From: a virus
Strand: one strand, 5' to 3'
IMG/VR virus record: IMGVR_UViG_3300010885_072825
Coordinates: 75,591 to 139,590 of that record
DNA length: 64,000 nt
The notes below the pieces were generated by a model that had not been told where the DNA came from, made no database searches, and worked only from the letters and a program-made list of their open reading frames with translations. The first letter of the stretch is position 1, and the number at the start of each line of letters is the position of its first letter. Shown here in pieces: positions 19,541 to 29,518 of this stretch. Both the position numbers and the translations under genes were made by a program.

Positions 19541-20434
19541 TTATGCCGTTTGCAATGCGTTAGTAAACGCATATTCCAATTTACTAGCTATTTCAGATTC
19601 TGTCAAGACCTGTCGAATGCTAGTGCCTTCAGCAATCTTAATAGTAGCTGTGATAATAGCAGGCAGGTCTTTATGATCCTTCATCCTAATCACATTTGGC
19701 CCCAACAGTTCAGTCCAGTTTGCAACCACTAGCCCTGGGTTAGAACGAGCATAGCTACCTTGTTCAGCAACAATATGGAACACATTGTATTTTTGTTGAA
19801 CCAATTCCAACAGTTCGGCATTTGAATAAACTAGATGTTGTCCTTCTGTACCAAACACCGATTTCAATTGACTGGCCGTAAGAGGTTTAGGTGCCATTTC
19901 GTCACCGATAGTAAAGATGTAACCTTTTTTGCCACGTTTTTCGAGACAATCAATTGCAGTCTTAGTAAGAGCAAAATACCACGGTAGGTTATAAGATTCA
20001 GTGTTGTTTCCACCACCACCGCTTTCAATCCACATGGTGCGCAATTGTCCAATCAATGGGATTGCTCCTGCTTCAAACTGTGAAACTTGCAAAGGTGCTG
20101 AGTCTGAATACACATCACCGATGCCCATAAACATTAGGTGAGGGTCAGTAACAGGACGTTGATCATAGATAGAATTCATGATCTCAGGTAGTTGTGTTTT
20201 GGCAATTTCATGTGCCACAAATCCCATGCTACCAGTTACATCCAATCCAATGATAATGGATGTGGACATCGGATTAGCGTCTGAGTCTCTGGATTCACGA
20301 ATTGTGATCTTGCGTGGATCCAATGCTTGTGGCATGTTGCGACTAGTAAACACTTCATGCTGAGATTTAGTTCCCAGCCCATGCGTGCTTGAATAAGTTC
20401 TATAAGTAGTATCGTCAAATCTTGCGTTTCCCAT
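19541..20434 (-). CDS. vWA-like domain protein
   Basis: LDVTGSM, GIGD, LQVSQFE, GGGGNNTESY, FTIGDE. Confidence 0.8.
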   Translation of the reverse strand: MGNARFDDTTYRTYSSTHGLGTKSQHEVFTSRNMPQALDPRKITIRESRDSDANPMSTSIIIGLDVTGSMGFVAHEIAKTQLPEIMNSIYDQRPVTDPHLMFMGIGDVYSDSAPLQVSQFEAGAIPLIGQLRTMWIESGGGGNNTESYNLPWYFALTKTAIDCLEKRGKKGYIFTIGDEMAPKPLTASQLKSVFGTEGQHLVYSNAELLELVQQKYNVFHIVAEQGSYARSNPGLVVANWTELLGPNVIRMKDHKDLPAIITATIKIAEGTSIRQVLTESEIASKLEYAFTNALQTA

Positions 20435-20445
20435 TGTTCTTCTCC

Positions 20446-21111
20446 TTAGGTTCTAAATGGTGTTTTAGTATTGCTGGATCCAAAAAGGCTATTTCCAGAT
20501 CCCATCATTTTCTGCATCATCATCATCTGCATCATGCCGGCCATTGGGTTAGCTGTGGTTGCACCATTCATTTGACTCATCAACATTAGTGGCATGATCT
20601 TTTCCAAATCCATGTCTCCGCCACCCATCATCATCATGGGCAGCAACATGCCTTGCAGAGATCCCAAGCCATCTGCGCCACTGGGCAGCATGGTAAGCAG
20701 ACTGCGCACTACCAGCACGCCTGAATCAAACCCAAACATTTGTACTTTGGGCGGAGTCCAGCGACTGGTGGTCCCACTTGGACGAAGCAGCATAAAAGTG
20801 GTCTTGCCTTCTGCTGTGGTTTTGATTTCCGTAATCCACCCAGCACCATCTGCGCTGGTATAAATCAGATCACCAACTTTGACAGTTTCCACTGGTGTTG
20901 ATTGTGCGAATGCCGGAACAGCAAACCCAAAATCATCGAATGGATTGATCACCACAGTGGTGTCTTCGCCTGTGCCTTCAATGGTAGCAATTTCACCATC
21001 TCGAGTACGAACACCCAGCTTGCCTGTCATTAGATCCCAAACCACGGAATCTACTTGTCTAAACATGCGTCCCATCAATTTGTCGACGCTCATATTCATC
21101 ATCTTTGTCAT
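20446..21111 (-). CDS. Hypothetical protein with Met-rich C-terminus
   Basis: 221 aa, directly upstream of the vWA gene. Confidence 0.7.
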   Translation of the reverse strand: MTKMMNMSVDKLMGRMFRQVDSVVWDLMTGKLGVRTRDGEIATIEGTGEDTTVVINPFDDFGFAVPAFAQSTPVETVKVGDLIYTSADGAGWITEIKTTAEGKTTFMLLRPSGTTSRWTPPKVQMFGFDSGVLVVRSLLTMLPSGADGLGSLQGMLLPMMMMGGGDMDLEKIMPLMLMSQMNGATTANPMAGMMQMMMMQKMMGSGNSLFGSSNTKTPFRT

Positions 21112-21144
21112 TTTATTTTCCTCTTTGTTTTGAAAGTTAATTTA

Positions 21145-21414
21145 TTATAGTTCTAGTCCTAGTGCAACTCGTTCTTCTCTTGTGAGTTTTGTAAGTGCTG
21201 CATTTCGAAGATCATTTGCCAAATGGTTTTTGTGCCATTTGATAAATTCTTCCTTGTCAACACCAGCTTCTTTATAGTCCAATAGTTCATATGCTTTTTC
21301 ATAGCTACCATACACAATTTTTAGTAGATTCATAGTTGCGCAAAGCACGCGTTGAGTCATCTTGAAGCATTCTTCATCATCGTTATAAAAATTGTTTTTA
21401 ATATCACATACCAT
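21145..21414 (-). CDS. Hypothetical protein
   Basis: C-terminal ALTKLTREERVALGL motif common in small phage proteins. Confidence 0.6.
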   Translation of the reverse strand: MVCDIKNNFYNDDEECFKMTQRVLCATMNLLKIVYGSYEKAYELLDYKEAGVDKEEFIKWHKNHLANDLRNAALTKLTREERVALGLEL

Positions 21415-21433
21415 TTTCAAATCCTCTCTATCA

Positions 21434-22435
21434 CTACTTCTGCAAAAATGGCCGGATAGTGGTCATTTGTGGTCGATCCTGTCCATTAACAGGTTCTATT
21501 GTTTGGAAATAATTACCCCACCAGGGTCCTCCAGCCCAGTAGGTCCATCCCATCCAAACGTCATTATTGGTGGAATAATAAGTTAGCATTGCAGTCAACC
21601 CCGACAAACAGTTGGGATCCGCACTGGCGCCAAACTCACCCACAAATGCTCGGTAATGATTAGCACGTAACCAAGCTGTTGCTGCGGTGAGATTATTGAC
21701 CACGTCATTTGGGCTCATACAGGTTGTGCCAGTACCTGAGAAATTACCATCCAAATATTCATGCATTTCAATTGCAAAATTATTTGCAGGATCTTGAATG
21801 CCAGTAAATCCCGCTGCATTAGTTGCGGTCCAATCATGTGCCCCATCCCATCCGGCTCCGGGAATGAGAATCAAATTATTAGCATTAGCTGCTCTAATAG
21901 CTGGGATCACTGCATTAACAGTTGCTCTCCATCCGGATACATTTTGAGAAGCAGGTTCATTCATTAACCCAAACACAACCTGTTTATCTGATGGCCATTG
22001 ATTGGCCAATTGGGTCCAAAGATTTACAAAAGCTGTGATGGGTACTGCGGCGGATCCAATAGGCTGACCTCGATAGTTTCCAAAATCATGTACGTCAAGA
22101 ACCACAGTGGCTCCTGAATACTTGATCATAGCCACTGTGGCTTGCAAACGTGCTAGCTCACCTGGATCCAGTGGACCATTAAGTGTGGGTTGAATGCGTT
22201 CCCAAAGAAACGGAACTCGAAATACATTGACGCCTTTGCCAACATAATAGGTGACTTCCGCTTGGTTAGGATATGTGTAGTCAAAGAATGGTCTACCAGG
22301 TAGTGCTCCACCATTAAATTCCGCACCGGACAAATTAACTCCGGTTAGTGGTACAGGGTTAAATGCAGCTGAGCTTGCAGGTGTTGCAAGTGCAAGACTG
22401 GTAGCGGATAAAAGCAGTGCAATAGTGTGTTTCAT
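21434..22435 (-). CDS. Secreted GH5 endoglucanase (cellulase)
   Basis: Signal peptide; GVNLSGAEF, FRVPFLWERIQP, MNEP (acid/base), GEFG (nucleophile), WAGGPWW. Confidence 0.9.
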   Translation of the reverse strand: MKHTIALLLSATSLALATPASSAAFNPVPLTGVNLSGAEFNGGALPGRPFFDYTYPNQAEVTYYVGKGVNVFRVPFLWERIQPTLNGPLDPGELARLQATVAMIKYSGATVVLDVHDFGNYRGQPIGSAAVPITAFVNLWTQLANQWPSDKQVVFGLMNEPASQNVSGWRATVNAVIPAIRAANANNLILIPGAGWDGAHDWTATNAAGFTGIQDPANNFAIEMHEYLDGNFSGTGTTCMSPNDVVNNLTAATAWLRANHYRAFVGEFGASADPNCLSGLTAMLTYYSTNNDVWMGWTYWAGGPWWGNYFQTIEPVNGQDRPQMTTIRPFLQK

Positions 22436-22551
22436 GGGCGTTTCCTCGTGTGTGTTAATAATGCAATATATTTTTTATCTTGTCACGACATATTATCAAA
22501 ATTTTTAAACAGCATGACTAAATAATCATGTAATTTAAAAAAGGCTTCTTA

Positions 22552-23478
22552 ATGCATAATTTATGTCCGGTATGTCAATTTCCTAAAAAACATTCTATAG
22601 AAAAACCAACAATGCCATCTTTATGGAGTAGAACATGTGGGCAAAAATCATGCATAAAAATTTTAACCCAACAAACTAATTTAGAACAGTTTGGTCATAT
22701 TTCTAATTTACATCGTAAATTAGAAAATGGAAACACTGTACTTCAAGAAACAATGTTAAATAAATATCAAGTTTTTAATGTTTCTCAAATAGATAGTGTT
22801 AAACAGAAAAAACAAGAAACCTGTTTAGAAAATTTTGGAGTACCATGGCCGATGCAATCTGCATTAGTAAAACAAAAATCTGTTGAAACTGTTCTTGAAA
22901 AATATGGAGTCACTAATGTTTCTAAATCTCCATCTGTTATTGCAAAAATTAAACAAACTCAAATTGATAAGTATGGTTGTTATTTTATGCAAACCTCTGA
23001 AGGAAAAGAGTTGTTAAAAAATATTTGCCGAGAAAAATACGGAGTAGATTGGTATTTTAATTCGGAACATTTCAAAACTCAATTAGAAGCTAGAAACCTT
23101 GAACTATTTGGTGTAACTAATCCTTTCTATTCATCTGTGGTACAATCTCAAATAGCTAAAAGAAATGGTAAGGGTAAATCAAAAGAAGAAACTAAATGGT
23201 TAGATTCTTTATGCATTGATGAAACCTTTCGACAATATCCGATCACAGGAAAAAGTGGGAAAACATATATGGTTGATGGGTTTGATCCGATTACTAATAC
23301 TGTTTATGAATGGAATGGTTCTTTTTGGCATGGTAACCCAGATTATTATGATTCGCATATATCACATCCTGTCAAAAAGAACAAAACGTTTGGTGAATTA
23401 TATGAACAAACTGTTGCTAGAGAACAAGACATGTTAGACGCTGGATACGAACTCATAGCTAAATGGTCAGTATTGTAG
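22552..23478 (+). CDS. Putative free-standing homing endonuclease (T.LEKYG repeats plus C-terminal PD-(D/E)xK-like domain)
   Basis: Repeated T.L.KYGV units; VDGFD...YEWNGSFWHG; opposite strand to neighbours and AT-rich. Confidence 0.7.
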   Translation: MHNLCPVCQFPKKHSIEKPTMPSLWSRTCGQKSCIKILTQQTNLEQFGHISNLHRKLENGNTVLQETMLNKYQVFNVSQIDSVKQKKQETCLENFGVPWPMQSALVKQKSVETVLEKYGVTNVSKSPSVIAKIKQTQIDKYGCYFMQTSEGKELLKNICREKYGVDWYFNSEHFKTQLEARNLELFGVTNPFYSSVVQSQIAKRNGKGKSKEETKWLDSLCIDETFRQYPITGKSGKTYMVDGFDPITNTVYEWNGSFWHGNPDYYDSHISHPVKKNKTFGELYEQTVAREQDMLDAGYELIAKWSVL

Positions 23479-24796
23479 AATTTGCGCGACTACGGATTGT
23501 ATCTAATGTGTCATTTACTAAGAGTTTTCCTTCTTTATAATAATCAATCAACAATTTATGATCCAATCTTCCACCTTTGCTACGTTTCCCATTATCAGTG
23601 ATCGGACTTTTTACGGTGTCTCTCCATTCATTCCTAACTCGAATAGCAGATGTTTTTTGCGCAAATGAGAAATCATCTCGATTTACATTTTGAAGTAATC
23701 CTCCGCCACTACCATAAATTACACATTCTGGAGCATACCCCAATTGCTCAACCATTATGGTAAGCTCTTCAAATGTACGTCGATTGATACCATCTCCTTG
23801 AATAATACCAACATTTTTGAGCACTTTATATCCTTTACTATTAATAGTAACGCCAAAGCCTGCTTCCAGCATATTTAAAATACGCGGAATAACTTCGGTG
23901 GGTTCACCAGAATCCGGGCGCACTACCCATTTAACGCCGGATTCAACAATGCGGTCTCGATATTCATCGCATAGTAGTTGAACTTCTCGATAAATGTCAT
24001 ACCCGTCCATTACTGCGGAAATAATAGCACCGGGCTTTGCAAACTTTTCAAGCAATCTATCGAAATATTCTCTGGCGCCATCGATTCCATAACTAGTTTC
24101 TACAGAATGCTCAGTGGCAACAACTGAATATCCTGCCATATCACAATTATAATATTCTCGGGCTGCTACAAGTGCAACTAAATCATCAGTGCCTCGGAAA
24201 TATAACAGGTGTGCTAGACCACCAATTTCTGCGGTTTCCCTAGAACTAACACCTCGGCTTGCAAAAGAATGCAAGGAAAATTCCAACATTGTTGGATTAT
24301 CACTACTCAAATCATAAATCTTTTTTAAGTGTTCATAACTAATTCGATCTAAACTTGCAATAGTTGTTGGATACCAAATACCGCGTTGAAGACTAGTTTC
24401 AACAAATGATGCTAACCAAAATAGTCGGGAATCATCACATTCAACAGTAACAATTGGCGTTAAACTGTTAACCAATGTTCCTTCCGGAACACCTCGAATT
24501 GTAAATGGAATATATCCATTGTATTTTGATACTAGATATTCCCAATCAGATGTATCAAAAGGCATACCATGCTTGACAGCAATATCTTGTGCAAGTTGAA
24601 TATTTTCAAACGTAATAGGATTCATTAGATTTTTCTTGATCCACATTTGCAGACCAAAAGGCACAATAATCTGATTGGGTTTTCTTGCTTCGATATACGA
24701 AAACATAGCATTAGTGCCTTCTGGATAGGCATATTTATGAGATAGTTTATAGGAATCTGCATCAAGCAGGAAGGAAATAGTATTCAAAATCGTCAT
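23459..24796 (-). CDS. nadV: Nicotinamide phosphoribosyltransferase
   Basis: DSYKLSH, WYPTT, RGVSS, ATEHS, RPDSG, IIQGDG, GSGGGLLQ; start refined to the ATG 7 nt after GGAGA. Confidence 0.92.
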   Translation of the reverse strand: MTILNTISFLLDADSYKLSHKYAYPEGTNAMFSYIEARKPNQIIVPFGLQMWIKKNLMNPITFENIQLAQDIAVKHGMPFDTSDWEYLVSKYNGYIPFTIRGVPEGTLVNSLTPIVTVECDDSRLFWLASFVETSLQRGIWYPTTIASLDRISYEHLKKIYDLSSDNPTMLEFSLHSFASRGVSSRETAEIGGLAHLLYFRGTDDLVALVAAREYYNCDMAGYSVVATEHSVETSYGIDGAREYFDRLLEKFAKPGAIISAVMDGYDIYREVQLLCDEYRDRIVESGVKWVVRPDSGEPTEVIPRILNMLEAGFGVTINSKGYKVLKNVGIIQGDGINRRTFEELTIMVEQLGYAPECVIYGSGGGLLQNVNRDDFSFAQKTSAIRVRNEWRDTVKSPITDNGKRSKGGRLDHKLLIDYYKEGKLLVNDTLDTIRSRANSTILTI

Positions 24797-24831
24797 GTTC
24801 AAGTCTCCCTTGAGGTTTAAGTTTAAAATGT

Positions 24832-26013
24832 TTATAGTCCAAGAATTTTAGAAATCACATCAAAATGGTCTTCAAAAAAGGGTTCGCTTGTGATTTCACT
24901 AAATGGCAACCAAAAAGCAGCATCAGCATCATCAGCGCCTTCAACTTCCGGAAAATTATTAGCAAGCGGACCACGCACATCCGGAAGGTATGTTTGGTCA
25001 TTGAGTTTAAAGTGAAACACCTTGCTGTATACTCGACCACGATCAGATCTGTGTGGATGGTCTGCGTCAAATGTGGTTGCAATAGATCCTCGCAATACCG
25101 GTTCAGGTACCTTGAGTCGAGTTTCTTCACGTAATTCTCGAAGAGCAGCCGACAGCAGAGTTTCATCTGGGTTCACATGCCCACCCGGCATTGCCAACAG
25201 ACTGTTACCAATTTCACCAGCACGACGAATTACCAACACATGTCCTGATTGAGTTACCAGCGCGTCTGCACAGATTTCCTGAACAGGATATTCTGCGTGT
25301 CTCTGTCTGCGTTGTTTGTATTCAACGCTGGATGTAATGTATCTTTGAATCTGATCATATTCATTGTGATCTTCAAATTCCTGCAAAGATTTTAGCACAG
25401 CAGGATCCACTCGGTTCTTCAAATAAGACCATTTGCTGTCATTAAGCAACACATTGGTGTCTACACCAAAGTAAGCATTTCGAATATCAGTTGCATTCAG
25501 AGGATTGAGAAAACGCACATTCACGTTGCCACATTGTGGGAACAGTTTGAGATAATAGCTGGAGCTGTCTTTGCTGCAACCAATCAAACCGATCTTTCGA
25601 TTGCGACTGACATTACCAAACTTGGTTTCCATAACTTCCTTGACAATGTTTTGTACTTGTGCAAGCCAAAGCTCGTCTCGATAAGTAAAATCTTCGAGTG
25701 GTTGAATCAGCAACTTGCTGTTCGGAACATGTGTAAAGCTATTGCGAATCATGTCTCGACGTTCTGTCCAAGACCAAGGATTGCGTGGATGTCTGGGTCT
25801 GTATGCTGAACCAATCAAAACCAAAACTTTTTTGGATTTTTTCAGTGCAATATCAATTACTCGCTTGTGTCCAAGATGGAATGGTTGCATACGACCAATA
25901 AACACAAGAAGATCATATTCTTCGTCGTGTAGATTGCCTTCGTAAAGGTCTTCAATTTCAATTATGGGGTTATAGATATCGTCCGAATAGGACGGGGTGT
26001 TTTGTGTTTTCAT
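24832..26013 (-). CDS. Bifunctional NMN adenylyltransferase / Nudix ADP-ribose pyrophosphatase (NadM-Nudix, NatV-like)
   Basis: [20 protein letters not shown], Nudix box GG...E...[14 protein letters not shown]. Confidence 0.92.
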   Translation of the reverse strand: MKTQNTPSYSDDIYNPIIEIEDLYEGNLHDEEYDLLVFIGRMQPFHLGHKRVIDIALKKSKKVLVLIGSAYRPRHPRNPWSWTERRDMIRNSFTHVPNSKLLIQPLEDFTYRDELWLAQVQNIVKEVMETKFGNVSRNRKIGLIGCSKDSSSYYLKLFPQCGNVNVRFLNPLNATDIRNAYFGVDTNVLLNDSKWSYLKNRVDPAVLKSLQEFEDHNEYDQIQRYITSSVEYKQRRQRHAEYPVQEICADALVTQSGHVLVIRRAGEIGNSLLAMPGGHVNPDETLLSAALRELREETRLKVPEPVLRGSIATTFDADHPHRSDRGRVYSKVFHFKLNDQTYLPDVRGPLANNFPEVEGADDADAAFWLPFSEITSEPFFEDHFDVISKILGL

Positions 26014-26073
26014 CGTCGAGACTCCCTCGTTACCTTCTATTTATGCTCAATTGCCGATTGTTTGTCAACTAAT

Positions 26074-26439
26074 CTAAAGATTATTTTGATTTTCTTTTTG
26101 CATCCAAAGCGTCTCAAATATTTTCAATGATCTAACTTCCAAAGAATTCATTGCAATTCGCCGCCCCTGTTCAATACCAACTTGAATAGCCGCTGCAATA
26201 ATTACTTCAAGTGCGTCCCGCCCCTGTTCTTCTAAATCATATGCTAGTGATGTTTGAGTGAATTTTGTTTTAATACCATGTGACACATGTAGACTACCGT
26301 GTTCATATCCATCATATATGATGTCTTTATCTATATTCTTTCGTTTGAGATCATATGCAAATCTAATAGATTTGATAAAAGGTTTTACCAATTCTTCAAA
26401 ATCAACCGGTTGATTATCGGCAGGCCAAGTTTTTGTCAT
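26074..26439 (-). CDS. Hypothetical protein
   Basis: 121 aa. Confidence 0.6.
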   Translation of the reverse strand: MTKTWPADNQPVDFEELVKPFIKSIRFAYDLKRKNIDKDIIYDGYEHGSLHVSHGIKTKFTQTSLAYDLEEQGRDALEVIIAAAIQVGIEQGRRIAMNSLEVRSLKIFETLWMQKENQNNL

Positions 26440-26463
26440 TTGTATAACTCGTGTGTTTGAAAT

Positions 26464-27885
26464 TCAATTTTCATCATAAACTTTTGCAAGTTCTTTCATT
26501 TTAGTGGGATTACGAAGCTTTGTCAATGCCTTGCTTTCAATCTGTCGAACTCGTTCTCGAGTCACATTAAACTCACGACCAATTTCTTCTAATGTGTATT
26601 CATTCTTTGCACCAATTCCGAACCGCATTCGAATCACACGTTCTTCCTTGCTATTCAAACTGTTGAGTACTCTGCCAACCGCTCGGCTTTTGTCAACTGC
26701 ATTCAGATTCTCAATTACGTTTACGCTGGATTCATCTGAAATCAGTTCACCAATTGTATTTTCAGAATCTTGACTTGCGGGACGATCCAAACTGGTTGGT
26801 TCAATAGCTGCTCGCTGTGCTTGTATAATTTTCTCCACTGATAGATTGATTAGTGGTGACAGCTCTTCCGCAGATGGTTCTCGACCAGTCTTATAAACCC
26901 AGTCACGAGTTGCCAATTTAATTTTTTTAATATTATCTAGAATGTGTCCAGGAATTCTGATGGTCTTGGTTTGTTCACCCAGTGCTTTCATAATGCCCTG
27001 TCGGATCCACCAGGTTGCGTATGTGGAAAAACGATAACCCAATTGCCACTTATATCTTTCAACAGCTTTGATGAGTCCAATATTACCTTCTTGAATTAGA
27101 TCAAGCAGAATCTGTTGATTATTGTGACTGTATTTCTTAGCAACACTGACCACTAGACGCAAGTTACTGACCACCATCTTTTGAATGGCCGCATCCTTCA
27201 AACTGTTCTGCGTCTTAAGTGTTCTGACAATTGACCGAAGTTCTTCACTGGTTAAACCGGTTTGATTGACCAGGGTTTCAATTTCAGCAACTATACCAGC
27301 AATTGATTCAGACTGTTCTGTTTGGAATTTTTGCCAGGACAGTGGCAATTGCTTGCTACCAATTTGAGTTTCTGAACCAATGTATTCTTGAATAAAATCA
27401 GTTCTAGTGATTCCGGATTTTTGAGCCAGTCGAAGCATCGCACCATCACAGGCCGTGATTTTTTGATTCAATCGAGTAATTTGATCAATTAGAGTTGCAA
27501 TACTAGCTGAATTAATTGGCAGATCATTAAATTTCTGTACCAGTTCAGCCTTCTTAATCGTATCTAAAAGATATTCTTTTGCCAGAGATTTTACAATTGC
27601 TAGATTTTCCGGAGTGATATTTGCATCTTCCAGTTCTAGATCAAACACATCAGTTGGTAAAACAGTTTGTTTTTCAATACCATCAATCCAACCAATTATG
27701 GTATTAACTGTGAGTGGGATTGCAAAAAGGGTATCGATAATGATACGCTTACTGTTTTCAATTTGTTGGCTGATTTCAATCTCTTGCTTGTGATTGATCA
27801 GCGGCGCCTTCTTCACATCATTAAGATAAAGTTTAATCGGGTCTTGATACCCCGTTGGGTCTTTTTCTTTGGTCACTGTCTTCAC
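26464..27885 (-). CDS. rpoD: RpoD-like sigma70 factor lacking region 1.1
   Basis: DPIKLYL (region 1.2), non-conserved region, NLRLVVSVAKKY, DLIQEGNIGLIKAV, FSTYATWWIRQ, TLEEIG...VTRERVRQIE. Confidence 0.92.
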   Translation of the reverse strand: MKTVTKEKDPTGYQDPIKLYLNDVKKAPLINHKQEIEISQQIENSKRIIIDTLFAIPLTVNTIIGWIDGIEKQTVLPTDVFDLELEDANITPENLAIVKSLAKEYLLDTIKKAELVQKFNDLPINSASIATLIDQITRLNQKITACDGAMLRLAQKSGITRTDFIQEYIGSETQIGSKQLPLSWQKFQTEQSESIAGIVAEIETLVNQTGLTSEELRSIVRTLKTQNSLKDAAIQKMVVSNLRLVVSVAKKYSHNNQQILLDLIQEGNIGLIKAVERYKWQLGYRFSTYATWWIRQGIMKALGEQTKTIRIPGHILDNIKKIKLATRDWVYKTGREPSAEELSPLINLSVEKIIQAQRAAIEPTSLDRPASQDSENTIGELISDESSVNVIENLNAVDKSRAVGRVLNSLNSKEERVIRMRFGIGAKNEYTLEEIGREFNVTRERVRQIESKALTKLRNPTKMKELAKVYDEN

Positions 27886-28321
27886 TGAACTGAACTCCTA
27901 CTCTGGCTAGCTCAGATAGATAAGTGAAGTAAAGTCGTTTGTCAACACCTCCCGCGGGAGGTGTTTTTGGCAATGTCAAAATCTTATAAAGCTTGTCACC
28001 GGTGATACCATCATAATAAGCGATGATAGATTTCTGTTGCTGAATATAACGTTTGATATCGGCCATGTTGACCATCAAAGTTTTAAAATCATCAACTGAC
28101 AAAACCACAAAAGTTGGATTATCAGTGCTTTGGACAGTTTTAGCTTGATCTATAAAAGTAGTCATGTTAGCTGCTGTCACAACTTGCCAGTTCACGTCTG
28201 TCAATTGAATTGGTTCAGGAGGCGGTGGATGATTAATTACCACAGGTACAGGTTCAGTTGTTACCTTCAATGGGGTGGCACAAGAACTTAATAACAAGCA
28301 TAATAGGATAATTTTTTTCAT
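27833..28321 (-). CDS. Outer-membrane spanin (lipoprotein)
   Basis: Lipobox LSSC, Pro-rich; follows a TM plus coiled-coil gene. Confidence 0.7.
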   Translation of the reverse strand: MKKIILLCLLLSSCATPLKVTTEPVPVVINHPPPPEPIQLTDVNWQVVTAANMTTFIDQAKTVQSTDNPTFVVLSVDDFKTLMVNMADIKRYIQQQKSIIAYYDGITGDKLYKILTLPKTPPAGGVDKRLYFTYLSELARVGVQFSEDSDQRKRPNGVSRPD

Positions 28322-28725
28322 TGTTTGGCCGACACGGTTCTTAAATCATTAAAAGCGGAAATTGAAGCCGCGTTTGCTAGATCACTTGCTGCTTTATTGT
28401 CTGTTTTAGAAACAGAATTAATAGGCAGTTTGTTGATTTTGGTAGTTGTGGTTTTTACTTCAGCTTCAGCCAATTGCTGTTGGTTTTGTAAATCAGTTAA
28501 CATGCTAGCTTGTTGAGCTGCTTGCTGTTGTAATGCTGTTATGGTCTTAGTTTGCAAATCGAAACCGGTTTGTAGTTTGGTCTGGTTTTGATTTAGAACT
28601 GCTAGGTTATGATCTGTTATTTTATAGTAAATGAAACCAGCAACACCCATTCCCAACAATAAGGTAGATAATACCACAATTATTGTATTTTGCGCATTAC
28701 TAAAAAAAGAAGTTAAAAATGCCAT
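28318..28725 (-). CDS. Inner-membrane spanin
   Basis: N-terminal TM segment followed by a coiled coil. Confidence 0.65.
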   Translation of the reverse strand: MAFLTSFFSNAQNTIIVVLSTLLLGMGVAGFIYYKITDHNLAVLNQNQTKLQTGFDLQTKTITALQQQAAQQASMLTDLQNQQQLAEAEVKTTTTKINKLPINSVSKTDNKAASDLANAASISAFNDLRTVSAKQ

Positions 28726-28765
28726 GTGAGCCTGTTTTTGAATCAATTATATTTATGATCAAAAA

Positions 28766-29011
28766 TCAATTCAATTTTTTTATTTCACGATCATAGATAT
28801 GATTATAAAGTTCATTGACTTCCAACATTCTAAAATAAGTCTCGGTTGGTAACCCTATTTTCATTTCCAAAAATGATTCCCGGGAAATTTCAGTCACAAG
28901 AAATTCACTCCCACAACTACCATCAACTTCAACAATTGCACCATGGCTTATTCCATTATCGGTAAGATGATCTGAAATCAATTCTTCATCGACATAGATT
29001 ACTCGAACCAT
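28766..29011 (-). CDS. Hypothetical protein
   Basis: 81 aa. Confidence 0.55.
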   Translation of the reverse strand: MVRVIYVDEELISDHLTDNGISHGAIVEVDGSCGSEFLVTEISRESFLEMKIGLPTETYFRMLEVNELYNHIYDREIKKLN

Positions 29012-29290
29012 TTAAATAGTGTCTTTTTTCAAGGAATCTTTAATAGTCGCGCTTTTTATATGCGCCGTGTTATCTTCATCAATTGTCAAAACTGCTTTTT
29101 TAAATTTAATAGACCCTTTGGTATGTGAATTATTTGGTGATTCTTTGGTAGACCAACTCATATTTGATTCTATGTGATTGACATAAAATGTTCGTCCAGC
29201 CGTTTTTGCTACCCAGGGCGGAACTGTTTGATCTTCCAAATGTTTCTTATTGAAATGAATCACTAGATCTCGGCAATATATCTTTTCCAT
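29012..29290 (-). CDS. Conserved hypothetical protein
   Basis: AAGGAG RBS; TATAAATA upstream. Confidence 0.7.
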   Translation of the reverse strand: MEKIYCRDLVIHFNKKHLEDQTVPPWVAKTAGRTFYVNHIESNMSWSTKESPNNSHTKGSIKFKKAVLTIDEDNTAHIKSATIKDSLKKDTI

Positions 29291-29518
29291 ATTTCTCTCC
29301 TTAATTGGTTGATTGGTCAGACAGAAGGAATCTCAGTCTGAAAACAAACTGAGATTCCAAATTTCTATTTTTTTGAAAGATTATCTAACGCATGTTTATA
29401 TTTATAGTTGATTTTTTATTCGAAATCAAATCAATCTGCTCGACTATGTGATTCTGCTCGGATACCATGCTGAATAAGAACTGCCACATAAGCGTAGGTA
29501 GCAAGTTCCTTGAGTGTC

